Part shown: positions 1 to 9,786 of the stretch, piece after piece | Layout: every line of letters begins with the position of its first letter | Numbering within the stretch: the first letter of the stretch is position 1 | Assembly (NCBI GenBank): GCA_965649215.1 | Contig: CBFGJZ010000008.1 | Location: 1 to 52,669, forward strand | DNA: 52,669 nt | Source of the DNA: a candidate division WOR-3 bacterium | GTDB taxonomy: Bacteria > Hydrothermota > Tepidihabitantia > Tepidihabitantales > CAIPLT01 | Reading direction: 5' to 3' | The notes under the pieces: generated by a model | The model's input: the letters and a program-made list of their open reading frames with translations, nothing else | The model's database searches: none | Told to the model about the DNA's origin: nothing | Program-made: the position numbers and the translations under genes

Positions 1-538
1 TTCAATAAATAATCCTAATGGCTTTCAACATTTTATCAGTCTCTACAATGAAATCTATGATACTTTAAAGATAATCTGTCCTCAATTAAAGATTTTCTGC
101 ACATTTGCTCGAGAGATAACCTCCCAATATCGGGAAGCCGATTTAGGAGTCTTAAATCTCTTTGACGCTAATAAACTCGATTTGTTAGTTTTTACCACTT
201 ATCCGCATGCAGTCCAAACTATTAATCGACCTAGCGATATTCCCATCAATTACTATTCAAGAATTGAAAGTATCCTACCTAATAAGCAATTTGGGTTTAG
301 TGAAATTGCTTGGCCTTCAATGACTGCTTTTGGGGGCGATTCAGCTCAGGCTGAATTTTTAACTTTAGTGGTTAACCAATTGACTCGCAATCAAGGGATA
401 GACTTAAAATTTTTCGGTTGGGCATGGCTCACTGACCTTGATACAAATGATTATCTGGGACTGATTAGGAGAGACGGCACGGAAAAATTAGCATACAATG
501 TCTGGAAAAATATATCTCTGGGGAGCAGATATAAATAG
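1..538 (+). CDS. 5'-truncated probable glycoside hydrolase (clan GH-A-like TIM barrel, C-terminal half)
   Basis: Frame is open from base 2 (SINNPNGFQHFISLYNEIYDTLK...) to TAG 538. It contains a TTYP motif, FSEIAWPS (candidate nucleophile Glu) and a C-terminal GLIRRDGTEKLAY typical of GH-A-like proteins. Confidence 0.5.
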   Translation, partial: SINNPNGFQHFISLYNEIYDTLKIICPQLKIFCTFAREITSQYREADLGVLNLFDANKLDLLVFTTYPHAVQTINRPSDIPINYYSRIESILPNKQFGFSEIAWPSMTAFGGDSAQAEFLTLVVNQLTRNQGIDLKFFGWAWLTDLDTNDYLGLIRRDGTEKLAYNVWKNISLGSRYK

Positions 539-767
539 TTTAACAGTCAATAAACAATACGCTATTTAAGACTTATAATAGAGAGATTCGTTTGTAGATG
601 AAGAGGTAGTATAATTGAAAAGTATATCAAAGCAGAGATACTGTATAGGGGCTTGGAGAGGGTGGGAAGTTTACTAACCAAAGGTTTGAGATAAAGCGTA
701 CCAAGTAGTCGCTATTAGGCAAAGACTAATTTTAAGATATCAACTGAAAATTTAGATATTAAAGATT

Positions 768-802
768 GTGTATTTCGAATCATAAATTTTATTGAAATAC
801 AC
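768..802. other. Inverted repeat/hairpin in intergenic region
   Basis: GTGTATTTC (768-776) pairs with GAAATACAC (794-802). Function unknown. Confidence 0.4.
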
Positions 803-888
803 TTTGATTAACAAATAGAGCTTTGGTCAGGGGTAATTTCCGAACAAATAAATAAGCAACTCGTTTATGATTTTAGTTTTAGAATGTC

Positions 889-916
889 TTGATTTATTTA
901 TGAGAGCAGTTAGAAT
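889..916 (+). promoter_or_regulatory. Putative sigma70 promoter, leaderless, for the MBL-fold gene
   Basis: TTGATT-N16-TAGAAT, followed 5 nt later by GTG 922. Confidence 0.5.
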
Positions 917-921
917 GGAGT

Positions 922-1872
922 GTGAAGATCTACTTTTGGGTGCTATCTTTAATTATCTTATTTTTTCAATGTGAATGTCCCAATATTTCTAATAAGAATA
1001 AAATCAATAAGACAGAAGATAAGTTTCTTAAGATTTGTATTATTGATGTTGATCAAGGAGATGCAATTTTAATCATAACACCAGATAATAAATATATTTT
1101 GATTGATGGTGGTAAAAAAACTTATGGCAATAATGAAATTAATCCGCTTTTAGACAGTTTACAAATCACGCATCTTGATTATATCTTTGCCTCGCATTTT
1201 GATGCTGACCATATTGGCGGATTGGGTGAGGTAATCAATCATATCACCCGTGAGTCAATTATTAATTATTGTTATGACCGTGGCGATACTTTTTTGAGTC
1301 AACAGTTTTGGGATTATAAAACATCAATTGGTAACAAGCGAAAGACCATTGCGGTTGCGGAAACGCTGATTTTGGGGGAAGTAAAGATTATATGCGTTTG
1401 TGTAAATGGTAAACTCATAAATGGTGATTCTGTAAAAGTTAAAGATGAGAATGATTTTTGTATCGGTCTGGTTATTAAATATCGGGATTTCGAGTTTTTT
1501 ACGGCTGGTGATATTAGCGGTGTTGATATTGGAAATCATAAAAATGTGGAAACAAAATTAGCACCGTTGATTGGTGATATTGATGTTTATAAAGTGAGTC
1601 ATCATGGCAGCAAATACAGTTCTAATTCAGCATTTCTCAATATTATTAAACCAGAAGCTGCAATTATTTCGGTAGGAACTAATAATTATGGTCATCCTGC
1701 CCAAGAGGTTCTCAATCGCTTGATTAATATTAAGTCGCGGATTTATCAGACCAATTCTTCTGATTATGGAAATATTGCTAAAGAGCAAGGTTGCATATTA
1801 AATGGTGATATCTGGATAAAAGTATTTAATGATTTTTATCTGGTTGATAAAGATACTTTTTTATTTAGGTAA
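922..1872 (+). CDS. Exported/lipoprotein MBL-fold metallo-hydrolase, ComEC/Rec2-like
   Basis: DVDQGDA, LIDGG, SHFDADHIGG, AGD, SHHGS and YGHP motifs. Hydrophobic N-terminal peptide ending in Cys. Confidence 0.85.
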   Translation: MKIYFWVLSLIILFFQCECPNISNKNKINKTEDKFLKICIIDVDQGDAILIITPDNKYILIDGGKKTYGNNEINPLLDSLQITHLDYIFASHFDADHIGGLGEVINHITRESIINYCYDRGDTFLSQQFWDYKTSIGNKRKTIAVAETLILGEVKIICVCVNGKLINGDSVKVKDENDFCIGLVIKYRDFEFFTAGDISGVDIGNHKNVETKLAPLIGDIDVYKVSHHGSKYSSNSAFLNIIKPEAAIISVGTNNYGHPAQEVLNRLINIKSRIYQTNSSDYGNIAKEQGCILNGDIWIKVFNDFYLVDKDTFLFR

Positions 1873-1875
1873 TGT

Positions 1876-2355
1876 TCAATAGGGTTTAAGCTGCTTTAAT
1901 TTTTCAATCAGGACTGTAAAATCGTTGTCATCAAATGCATCGTCGGCAATGCGAATCCGTTCGCCTTTAAATAAAGTTATGCCCGCAGCGGGTTTAATGA
2001 CTTCACCGCCTAAGATGATTGTGACAATTCTTCGGTTTAGTTTCTTGAAAATATTAATATCAGTTATTTGATTGCGCTGAATGCTTTGAATAGTTTTATT
2101 TTTACCACGATATAAGGTAATGCCATCTTGATCAATTTCAATAATGCGGATACCGCGGTTTTGCCAGATTAAGTAATCAGCAAGCATATAGATGATTAAA
2201 ATGCCAATGCCAACTATCAATAGTCCAAGAGTATAGCGATGACGAACCATCAGCAGTAAAAGTAAGAGAAAAACGCCAAGAATAATCCCGCCGAGATTGA
2301 CTGTAAGCAGATGTTTTTTCGATGCTTGGATTCGGAATTTTTCTTGATGGTTCAT
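1876..2355 (-). CDS. Hypothetical membrane protein (2 TM plus soluble C-terminal domain)
   Basis: Two hydrophobic helices. Overlaps the queF stop by 4 nt (ATGA). Confidence 0.7.
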   Translation of the reverse strand: MNHQEKFRIQASKKHLLTVNLGGIILGVFLLLLLLMVRHRYTLGLLIVGIGILIIYMLADYLIWQNRGIRIIEIDQDGITLYRGKNKTIQSIQRNQITDINIFKKLNRRIVTIILGGEVIKPAAGITLFKGERIRIADDAFDDNDFTVLIEKLKQLKPY

Positions 2356-2762
2356 TTTTTGTGTTTTGGATAGTCGGCTTCAACGATACTACGCATCCCT
2401 CCACGGATATTAAATTCGCCACGCACAATCGCCCATTTGGGTTTAACTGCCGAACAGAAATCTTGTAAGATGCGATTTATTGCATTCTCATAAAAGATGC
2501 CGAGATTACGATAACCAAGGAGATAATATTTTAATGACTTAAGTTCGGCACAGAATTTATTGGGTTCATAGATAATGGTGATTTTGCCAAAATCTGGCAA
2601 ATTAGTTTTGGGACAGACCGAAGTAAATTCAGGAATTTCTATGGTAATCGTATAGTTTTGATATTGATTAGGCCATGTCTCAATGGGCGGTAATTTTGCT
2701 TTAATGCCTGATTGGGCATGGTCTTGAGTATAACCCAATTCGGTTGTTTTAGATTTTCTCAT
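2352..2762 (-). CDS. queF: NADPH-dependent 7-cyano-7-deazaguanine reductase (preQ1 synthase, type I)
   Basis: EFTSVCPKTNLPDFG, ELKSLKYY and RGG motifs. SD AAGGAG precedes ATG 2762. Confidence 0.95.
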   Translation of the reverse strand: MRKSKTTELGYTQDHAQSGIKAKLPPIETWPNQYQNYTITIEIPEFTSVCPKTNLPDFGKITIIYEPNKFCAELKSLKYYLLGYRNLGIFYENAINRILQDFCSAVKPKWAIVRGEFNIRGGMRSIVEADYPKHKK

Positions 2763-2772
2763 TTTAGCTCCT

Positions 2773-4359
2773 TTATTGGGATAGCTCGATTCTTTCATTT
2801 TTGGTTAATATTTCAGATATTGCCTGGGGTAATGTTTTTATCAAATCGGTTGCGAGTAATGAGTATTCAGTCTTTTTCTTGACCGCAATATCTGCCGAAA
2901 GGCCATGTAAGTAAACACCCAGGCAAGCGGCAATTTCCGGTTTTACACCTTGCGCTAAAAATCCGGCAATCATTCCGGTTAAAACATCACCCGAACCGCC
3001 TTTGGCAAGACCTGAATTGCCAGTCGGGTTGATATAAATATTACCAGTCGGTGTCCCAATAACCGTTGGTGTCCCTTTTAAGACAATATGTAAGGAAAAA
3101 TTTTGAGCATACTTTCGGCAGATTTCGATACGGTTTTGATTAACAATTGAAGTCTTAATTCCAAAGAGTCTTTCAAATTCACCGGGATGGGGGGTAATAA
3201 TGATTTTTGTTCGCTGCAAGCGTGGGATTTTTAATAATAAGTCAGTTGTAATATTATTTAATCCATCTGCATCAATTACCATTGGCAATCTAATTGAAGG
3301 GATGAGCTGTTGAGTTAAGGTTTTGGTTTCTTGATTAGTAGTAAGGCCAGGACCGATTGCGAAGACAGTTGAATTAAAAACCAATGATTTGATTTTATGC
3401 AAAGCACTTAATGCGATCGACCCATCTTGAGTTGATGGCAACGATATTTTAATTACTTCAGTAAGTTTTTTTTCGACTGCGGGTTTAATATTTTCAGGAT
3501 AAGCCAAACGAACGATACCGGCGCCGCTGACTAACGCACCAACACTGGTTAGACAAGCCGCACCTGAATAACCGTCGCCACCCGCAACAACCAGCACCGA
3601 ACCAAAATTGCCTTTGTGGCTATTGGGTTTTCGCAATGGGAGATTTTCTTTGATAAAAGCAGGATCTAAAAGAAAAGTATTGCCTTGGAATAAAGAAGTA
3701 TAATTTATACCAAGATTGGCAATTTTAATTTTTCCGCAATACTTTTGAGCAGGAAACAGGAGAAGGCCAGTTTTTAGAAGGCCCATCGTAACTGTGCAAT
3801 GCGCACAAACTGCGTCACCTAATACTTCACCGTTATCGCCATTAACGCCGGAGGCAATATCAATAGCAATTTTATAAGCAGGCAGTTTATTAATAACTTG
3901 AATTGCCTGTTGATAAATGCCTGTGGGCATACCTTTGAACCCGGTTCCAAAAATTGCATCAACTACAATATCAAATTTATAATTTGAGATGGCGGAGAGT
4001 TTGTTTTCCACAATTTGGATACGGTTATCGGTCTTGGCAATCTGTTTTATGATTTCATAATTAATCAAAGCATCGCCCTGATATGATTTGTTCTTGATAA
4101 TAATTAGAGTTATTGAGATTTGTTGTAAAGATGCGAGCAGATGCCGACCGACAACAATTCCATCGCCGCCGTTATTGCCAGGACCCGCGACAATTAGTAT
4201 TTTCGGGGCTTTAATTTTATTTGTTATGATGTAATTAATAATCTCCCGCGCGATTTCTGCCCCGGCGTTTTCCATTAGTAAAATTAGGGGGATCTTGAAT
4301 TTTTTTGATGCTAATAAATCTAACTTTCTCATGAGTTGATTATTGACTACGATTTGCAT
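2773..4359 (-). CDS. nnr: Bifunctional NAD(P)HX epimerase/dehydratase
   Basis: LMENAG, GPGNNGGDG, DAIFGTG (YjeF_N) and HKGNFG, IDADG, TPHPGE, GGSGDVL (carbohydrate kinase domain). Confidence 0.95.
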   Translation of the reverse strand: MQIVVNNQLMRKLDLLASKKFKIPLILLMENAGAEIAREIINYIITNKIKAPKILIVAGPGNNGGDGIVVGRHLLASLQQISITLIIIKNKSYQGDALINYEIIKQIAKTDNRIQIVENKLSAISNYKFDIVVDAIFGTGFKGMPTGIYQQAIQVINKLPAYKIAIDIASGVNGDNGEVLGDAVCAHCTVTMGLLKTGLLLFPAQKYCGKIKIANLGINYTSLFQGNTFLLDPAFIKENLPLRKPNSHKGNFGSVLVVAGGDGYSGAACLTSVGALVSGAGIVRLAYPENIKPAVEKKLTEVIKISLPSTQDGSIALSALHKIKSLVFNSTVFAIGPGLTTNQETKTLTQQLIPSIRLPMVIDADGLNNITTDLLLKIPRLQRTKIIITPHPGEFERLFGIKTSIVNQNRIEICRKYAQNFSLHIVLKGTPTVIGTPTGNIYINPTGNSGLAKGGSGDVLTGMIAGFLAQGVKPEIAACLGVYLHGLSADIAVKKKTEYSLLATDLIKTLPQAISEILTKNERIELSQ

Positions 4360-4360
4360 A

Positions 4361-5401
4361 TTAATTTTCCTTAATTAATTTTATAAGTTCGTTAACTAAG
4401 TTTTGCTCCGCACTTTTTTTGATAACTTTACCACTTTTAAAAATAACGCCTGATTTTTTGCCACAAGCAATGCCGTAGTCCGCGGTTTTGGCTTCGAGTG
4501 GCCCATTGACAACACAGCCCATCACAGCAATTTTAATGGGATTCTTTATCTCTTGGAGCTGTTGGTTTACGGCATCGGCAATCTTAATGAGATCTACTTG
4601 GCAGCGTCCACAGGTTGGACAACTGATTAGCATCGGACCAAATTGTCTTTTATCAAGGCTGCTTAAAATCGTTTGCGCTGCTTTTACTTCTAATATTGAG
4701 GGAGCGGTTAATGATACTCTTATGGTATTGCCAATTCCTTGTTTCAATAATATGGAGAGAGCAGCAGTTGAACGAATGACACCTTCAAAAGGAAGTCCAG
4801 CTTCAGTAACACCAATATGCAATGGATAAGGATATATTTTGGCTAATTTTTCGTAAACTTCAATAGTTTCAATTGGGTTTGTAGTCTTGGCAGAAAGAAC
4901 TAAGTTAGTGAAATTAGCGGTTTCAAAGATTTCTAAATTTTTTTTGAGGGTATCTAAAAGAGCATGTACAGTAGGTCTTTGATATTTTAAAATCATTTCC
5001 TTAGGTATTGAGCCGGCATTGACACCAATACGAATCGGGATATTTTTATCTTGAGCCGCTTTGATAATCTCTTGGACTTTATATTTAGCACCGATATTAC
5101 CCGGATTAATTCGGATTTTGTCAGCCCCGAGTTTAATACTTAATAACGCTAATTTATAGTCAAAATGGATATCGGCAACGAGTGGGATTGTTGTCTTCTT
5201 TTTAATGATGGGAATGTTTTTCGCAGCAGTTGAATTGGGTATGGCAAGTCGGACAATTTCACAGCCAGCTTTTTCTAATTCTTTAATCTCGGCAATTACT
5301 GCTTTTAGATTTGCGCTTGGGGATTTTACCATTGATTGAACAGCAATAGGATTGTCCCCGCCAATTTTTATCCTGCCGATCTTTACAACAATTGTTTTCA
5401 T
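4361..5401 (-). CDS. ispG: (E)-4-hydroxy-3-methylbut-2-enyl-diphosphate synthase
   Basis: VQSM, ADIHFD, RINPGNIG, RIGVNAGS, HIGVTEAG, SCPTCGR and MGCVVNGP motifs. Confidence 0.97.
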   Translation of the reverse strand: MKTIVVKIGRIKIGGDNPIAVQSMVKSPSANLKAVIAEIKELEKAGCEIVRLAIPNSTAAKNIPIIKKKTTIPLVADIHFDYKLALLSIKLGADKIRINPGNIGAKYKVQEIIKAAQDKNIPIRIGVNAGSIPKEMILKYQRPTVHALLDTLKKNLEIFETANFTNLVLSAKTTNPIETIEVYEKLAKIYPYPLHIGVTEAGLPFEGVIRSTAALSILLKQGIGNTIRVSLTAPSILEVKAAQTILSSLDKRQFGPMLISCPTCGRCQVDLIKIADAVNQQLQEIKNPIKIAVMGCVVNGPLEAKTADYGIACGKKSGVIFKSGKVIKKSAEQNLVNELIKLIKEN

Positions 5402-5406
5402 TAAAA

Positions 5407-6675
5407 TTAATCTTTACCTTTGGTTCGCTCGATTTTGGCGCCGAGGGAGGTTAATTTCTTTTCTAAAAACTCATAACCGCGGTCGAGATGATAAATACGA
5501 GAAACCTCAGTTTCTCCCTCTGCACAAAGACCGGCAATGACTAATGCAGCCGAGGCCCGCAAATCCGATGCCATAACTTTTGCACCCGTGAGTTTCTCTT
5601 TGCCTTTGATAAAAGCTTTGTTGTCATCAATGATGATATCCGCTCCCATGCGATTAAGTTCTAAGGCATGTAAAAATCTGGATTTGAAGATCTTTTCGGT
5701 AATATAACTAGTGCCGTTCGCAATCGTTAGCGCGGCCATAAATTGTGCTTGCAGGTCAGTAGGAAATCCTGGATAAGGAGCAGTAGTAATGGCAACCGGT
5801 TTAGGCCGGCCGTTAGTTTTAATCACAAAACTATTATCAGTTATGGCGAGATGGCATCCCATTTCTTTTAAAGTTAATAAGACCGCGTCTAAATGTTTAG
5901 TTTGGCAGTTGACAATTTCAATAACGCCTTGCGTCGCAACTGCGGCCGAGGCAAAAGTTCCTGCTTCAATACGGTCTGGAATTGGAGTCCATTCCGTACC
6001 ATGCAATTTTTTAACGCCCGTGATTTTTATTCGAGAAGTTCCCAGACCTTTGATTTGGGCACCCATCGCATTTAAAAAATTACCTAAATCAACTATTTCT
6101 GGTTCTAAAGCGGCGCCAATAATTGTGGTTGTTCCTTGGGCTAAGGTTGCCGCCATCATAACATTAGCCGTAGCACCGACACTGGGCCCGAAACTGCCTT
6201 CCAGTAAAATTTCACTGCCTGTTAGTTGATGAGCAAAACTATCAATATAACCGTGTTTAATGGTGATTTGGGCACCCAGACTTTGCATACCTTTGATGTG
6301 TAAATCAATTGGTCGGGGACCAATCGCGCAGCCACCTGGCAAATATACTTTGGCTTTGCGAAAACGAGCCAAGAGCGGCCCTAACACATAGTACGAAGCA
6401 CGCATCTTTTTTACAATCTCATAAGGCGCTTCGAACGATGATATCTTTTGAGCGGATACAGTGAGAGTGTTATTTTCTAAGATAACTTCAGCCCCTAAAG
6501 CTTTTAGAAGACTGATCATTGTTTTAACATCTTGTAATTGAGGAACTTCTTTAATCTTACATGGTTCATCCGTAAGCAAGGTGGCTGCGATGATTGGTAA
6601 AGTTGCATTTTTAGCTTTAGAGATACTAACTTTACCAATTAAGGGCAGGCCGCCTTTAATAATTAATTTATCCAT
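5407..6675 (-). CDS. murA: UDP-N-acetylglucosamine 1-carboxyvinyltransferase
   Basis: AKNA, MRAS, LPGGCAIGPRPIDLH (active-site Cys), PDRIEAGT, YPGFPTDLQ and DLRA motifs. Confidence 0.98.
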   Translation of the reverse strand: MDKLIIKGGLPLIGKVSISKAKNATLPIIAATLLTDEPCKIKEVPQLQDVKTMISLLKALGAEVILENNTLTVSAQKISSFEAPYEIVKKMRASYYVLGPLLARFRKAKVYLPGGCAIGPRPIDLHIKGMQSLGAQITIKHGYIDSFAHQLTGSEILLEGSFGPSVGATANVMMAATLAQGTTTIIGAALEPEIVDLGNFLNAMGAQIKGLGTSRIKITGVKKLHGTEWTPIPDRIEAGTFASAAVATQGVIEIVNCQTKHLDAVLLTLKEMGCHLAITDNSFVIKTNGRPKPVAITTAPYPGFPTDLQAQFMAALTIANGTSYITEKIFKSRFLHALELNRMGADIIIDDNKAFIKGKEKLTGAKVMASDLRASAALVIAGLCAEGETEVSRIYHLDRGYEFLEKKLTSLGAKIERTKGKD

Positions 6676-6692
6676 AATCGATATTCAATTAA

Positions 6693-6782
6693 CGGAGAGG
6701 GCGGGATTTGAACCCGCGGTACTGCTTTTAACAGTACACACGATTTCCAATCGTGCTCCTTAGGCCACTCGGACACCTCTCC
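6693..6782 (-). tRNA. tRNA-Ser(GGA); CCA end not encoded
   Basis: Reverse complement GGAGAGGTGTCCGAGTGGCCTAAGGAGCACGATTGGAAATCGTG...GGTTCAAATCCCGCCCTCTCCG. Anticodon stem CACGA/TCGTG with GGA anticodon, long variable arm, discriminator G. Confidence 0.97.
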
Positions 6783-6798
6783 GCTATGTTTTTCAAGC

Positions 6799-6827
6799 AT
6801 TGTATCTTGAATTATCAAAACTGTCAA
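6799..6827 (-). promoter_or_regulatory. sigma70 promoter for tRNA-Ser and probably the downstream murA operon
   Basis: TTGACA-N17-TACAAT on the minus strand, 16 nt upstream of the tRNA 5' end. Confidence 0.7.
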
Positions 6828-6859
6828 CATCACTTATATTATTCATTTTAAGTTGAGAT

Positions 6860-6908
6860 AAAAAAGATCCTACTCGCCATTGCAATCTAAAACTTAAGGT
6901 TTAGGATC
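6860..6908 (-). terminator. Possible intrinsic terminator after scpA
   Basis: GATCCTA/TAGGATC stem (6866-6908) with a large loop, followed by a T-run on the minus strand. Confidence 0.4.
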
Positions 6909-6918
6909 GGTTAGAGAA

Positions 6919-7620
6919 TTATTGGGTTTCTTTTTTTAAAATTAAGATATCAGAAAATTCCGTTGCCTGAAAAACTTTTACTTCGCCGAGTCGAATGAGT
7001 TCTAATAAAGCGATAAAGATGACGATAATTTCAATTAACGATTGCGCGTGCTTCGTAATTTCTTGAAAATTTATTTTTTTATTCTCTACGAGCGCGGTTC
7101 TTAATTCATTTAATTTATCTTCTAATTTAATTTCAGGAATAGGTATTTCAATGCTGGGGCGGGGCAAATTTTTTGATAAAAGTTGTTGAAAAGCAGAAAT
7201 TAACAAATAAACATCTTCTTGGCTATCGTCGGATGCTTCCCAAATTTGACTGCGCCGAGGAAATAACTGGGCTCGTTTATTTTCTAAATCACTTAAAATA
7301 TTAGCAACGCTAACATATTTCTTATATTCATTAACAATCTCTTCCAGACTTAATTTTGTCGGTGGTAATTCTTCGGTTGGAGCAAGCGAAGGCAATAACC
7401 GCAACACTTTAAGACGCAATAACACGGTCGCCATTAATAAAAAATCAGAACTCAGTTCAACATTAAATTCTAAAGCAGAATTTAAGAAATTCAAATAATC
7501 TTCGGTTATTTGTTTGAGCGGGATATCAAAAATATCAAGTTCATTTTTTCTAACTAAAAATAAGAGCAATTCAATTGGTCCTGAGAAAATTTCGGTTTGG
7601 ATTTGATAATGATTAGACAT
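6919..7620 (-). CDS. scpA: Segregation and condensation protein A (kleisin)
   Basis: FSGPIELLLFLVRKNELDIFDIP at the N-terminus and FIALLELIRLG at the C-terminus. Confidence 0.9.
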   Translation of the reverse strand: MSNHYQIQTEIFSGPIELLLFLVRKNELDIFDIPLKQITEDYLNFLNSALEFNVELSSDFLLMATVLLRLKVLRLLPSLAPTEELPPTKLSLEEIVNEYKKYVSVANILSDLENKRAQLFPRRSQIWEASDDSQEDVYLLISAFQQLLSKNLPRPSIEIPIPEIKLEDKLNELRTALVENKKINFQEITKHAQSLIEIIVIFIALLELIRLGEVKVFQATEFSDILILKKETQ

Positions 7621-8654
7621 TATGGCAATTCAATAAGTTGGTATCCTTTCGCGCCCAAGCCAATTGCTTCAGCATAATCTAAAAGCAATTCGGGATTGAG
7701 GGATGGATAAAGATTATAAATATTATCTTTTGTGCGCTCCCAAACTGCCATATCAGCCGCAACAGGATCGAGCGAAGCAAAAACTCCTAAATCGGATATG
7801 ATTGGATTTTCGGTCATATTCATACAGTCACAATTAGGGGTTATCTTTACGGCAAAATTAAAATGCAGACATTTTCGGTTATGTAAAATTGCCCAAGCAT
7901 ATTCGGCCATTTTTTTCATAATAGATGACGAGGCTTCATTCCAATTAAATTGAATTGCTTTTTCGGAACAGACTTCAATACAACTCGCACAACCAATACA
8001 CTTTTCCGATATGACCGAGGCATTCGCCGTGATCACAATTGCATCATTAGGACAGACACCAACACAACTTCGACACTTTTTACAGATTTTTTGTTTGATA
8101 TATGGTTTTGTTTGAGAATGCATTTGTAATTTACCACCTTTAGCAGCGAGTCCCATCGCAATATTTTTCAGAACCCCGCCAAAGCCAACGACAAAATGTC
8201 CTTTATAATGGGCTAAATTGACAAGACCTTGGAAGGTGTTAATTCCTTTCGCAATTTTTGCATATTTCACTAAAGAAAAATCAGTTTTAATAAGTTCAAA
8301 TTCTTCACCCCGTTCGCCATCAACTATTTCAATCGGTGCGCCGATTTCAATTTCGGAAAAACCATGGGTATACGCAAGTTTGATATGAGACGTGCGATTT
8401 TGACGAGCACCGCGATATAAAGTAGAGGTCTCAATCAAGCTCGGTTGCAATTGATTGCTTTTTACGATTTCAACAATCGTTTTAACATATTGGGGATTGA
8501 GATAATTGTAATTGTTTTCTTCTCCGAAATGTAATTTAATCCCAATGCGGTCGTGGGCATAAAAATTTTTTAAAAAATTGGTCCTAATAAAAACTTCTTG
8601 TAAATTGGCTTTATTTATGCGCTGGGGTGGAATAAAATAGACAATCGCCGACAT
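7620..8654 (-). CDS. DUF362 domain Fe-S protein with a 2x[4Fe-4S] ferredoxin domain
   Basis: IKLHFGE, AHYKGH, FGGVLKNIAMG, CKKCRSCVGVCP, CIGCASCIEVC, NCDC and DPVAAD motifs. Confidence 0.9.
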   Translation of the reverse strand: MSAIVYFIPPQRINKANLQEVFIRTNFLKNFYAHDRIGIKLHFGEENNYNYLNPQYVKTIVEIVKSNQLQPSLIETSTLYRGARQNRTSHIKLAYTHGFSEIEIGAPIEIVDGERGEEFELIKTDFSLVKYAKIAKGINTFQGLVNLAHYKGHFVVGFGGVLKNIAMGLAAKGGKLQMHSQTKPYIKQKICKKCRSCVGVCPNDAIVITANASVISEKCIGCASCIEVCSEKAIQFNWNEASSSIMKKMAEYAWAILHNRKCLHFNFAVKITPNCDCMNMTENPIISDLGVFASLDPVAADMAVWERTKDNIYNLYPSLNPELLLDYAEAIGLGAKGYQLIELP

Positions 8655-8697
8655 TGGTAACTAAGAAATAGGGGTAAGTAATAAAAATTTATGTTTT

Positions 8698-9786
8698 TTA
8701 TTTAAAAACGCCATATATTTTATGACCGCAGTATTTGCATTTATTATCTTGAATATGGTTTTGCACTACCATATATCCTTTGCGTGCAATTAGTAATTTA
8801 TGACATTTAGGGCAATAAGTATTTTCTAATTGATGGCCTAAGACATTACCCAAATAAACATAATTTAAACCGACTTGCTTGGCAATCGAAGCCGCTGTTT
8901 CTAAAGTAATAATTGGCGTCGGGGGTAAATTTTGTAATTTGTAATTCGGGAAAAATCGGCTGAAATGCAGCGGAATATCAGTGCCTAAATTATCTTTTAT
9001 CCATAAACACATCTGTTTAATGGTTGCGGTGTCATCGTTCAGCGTTGGGACAATTAGATTTACGATCTCCAAATGGATATTGCTTTGAGCAATTATTTTC
9101 AGAGCGTCTAACACAGGTTGTAATTGCGAAGCACAAACTTTACGATAAAAATCTTCTTCAAACCCTTTTAAATCAATTTTAATAGCATCAACAACTTTAC
9201 ACAATTCCAATAGTGGTTTAGGATTAATAAAGCCACCACTCACAACCGCAGTCTTAATTCCTGCTTTACGAGCCAATACCGCAATATCATACATATATTC
9301 GTAAAAAACAATTGGTTCCGTATAAGTAAAACAGATAATCGGAATTGATTCTCTTAACGCATCTTGAACTATTTGGGAGGGCGTTAAGTAATAACTTTTT
9401 ACATCTTCAACATTTGCCTGAGAAATCGGCCAATTTTGACAGTATTTACATTGTTGGTTGCAACCCGTCGTGGCAATTGTGATTCTCATTGTGCCCGGCA
9501 AAAAATGATAGAAAGGTGCTTTTTCAATTGGTTCGCGATGATAACTGCATGGTTTATTATAAACTAATGTAATAAGTTTGCCATTTTGATTTTCCCGATT
9601 ACGGCATAATCCTCGTTTAGCGACATCAATAATACAATGATGGGGACAAAGTTCACACCTTACCTTCTTATCAGGAAGTTGGGTGTAAAACATTGCTTCT
9701 CTTTTTGACAATGAATCGGGCTGATTTGCAAATAAAAAACAAAACAATATCCAAAGCAAAAAACAAGCTTTCAACCACGGATTCAT
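8698..9786 (-). CDS. amrS: AmmeMemoRadiSam system radical SAM enzyme with an N-terminal signal-like peptide
   Basis: CELCPHHC...GLC, EPIEKAPFYHF, CNQQCKYC (CxxxCxxC), TYTEP, HFSRFFP and C-terminal CPKC/CKYC. Start placed at ATG 9786, which forms an ATGA overlap with the upstream stop. Confidence 0.9.
   Translation of the reverse strand: MNPWLKACFLLWILFCFLFANQPDSLSKREAMFYTQLPDKKVRCELCPHHCIIDVAKRGLCRNRENQNGKLITLVYNKPCSYHREPIEKAPFYHFLPGTMRITIATTGCNQQCKYCQNWPISQANVEDVKSYYLTPSQIVQDALRESIPIICFTYTEPIVFYEYMYDIAVLARKAGIKTAVVSGGFINPKPLLELCKVVDAIKIDLKGFEEDFYRKVCASQLQPVLDALKIIAQSNIHLEIVNLIVPTLNDDTATIKQMCLWIKDNLGTDIPLHFSRFFPNYKLQNLPPTPIITLETAASIAKQVGLNYVYLGNVLGHQLENTYCPKCHKLLIARKGYMVVQNHIQDNKCKYCGHKIYGVFK

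Noticed and set aside
539-760. Purine-rich intergenic stretch tested for the same 12-bp periodicity as 38041-38256, or for a small gene
   Set aside because: Only weak phase bias, in-frame stops and no convincing consensus.
2762-2800. preQ1 riboswitch upstream of queF
   Set aside because: queF lies 10 nt after the nnr stop, with no leader or aptamer-like sequence.
6693-6920. tRNA-Ser as an integration site for a mobile element
   Set aside because: No integrase, no duplicated tRNA 3' end noticed, and the flanks are housekeeping genes.
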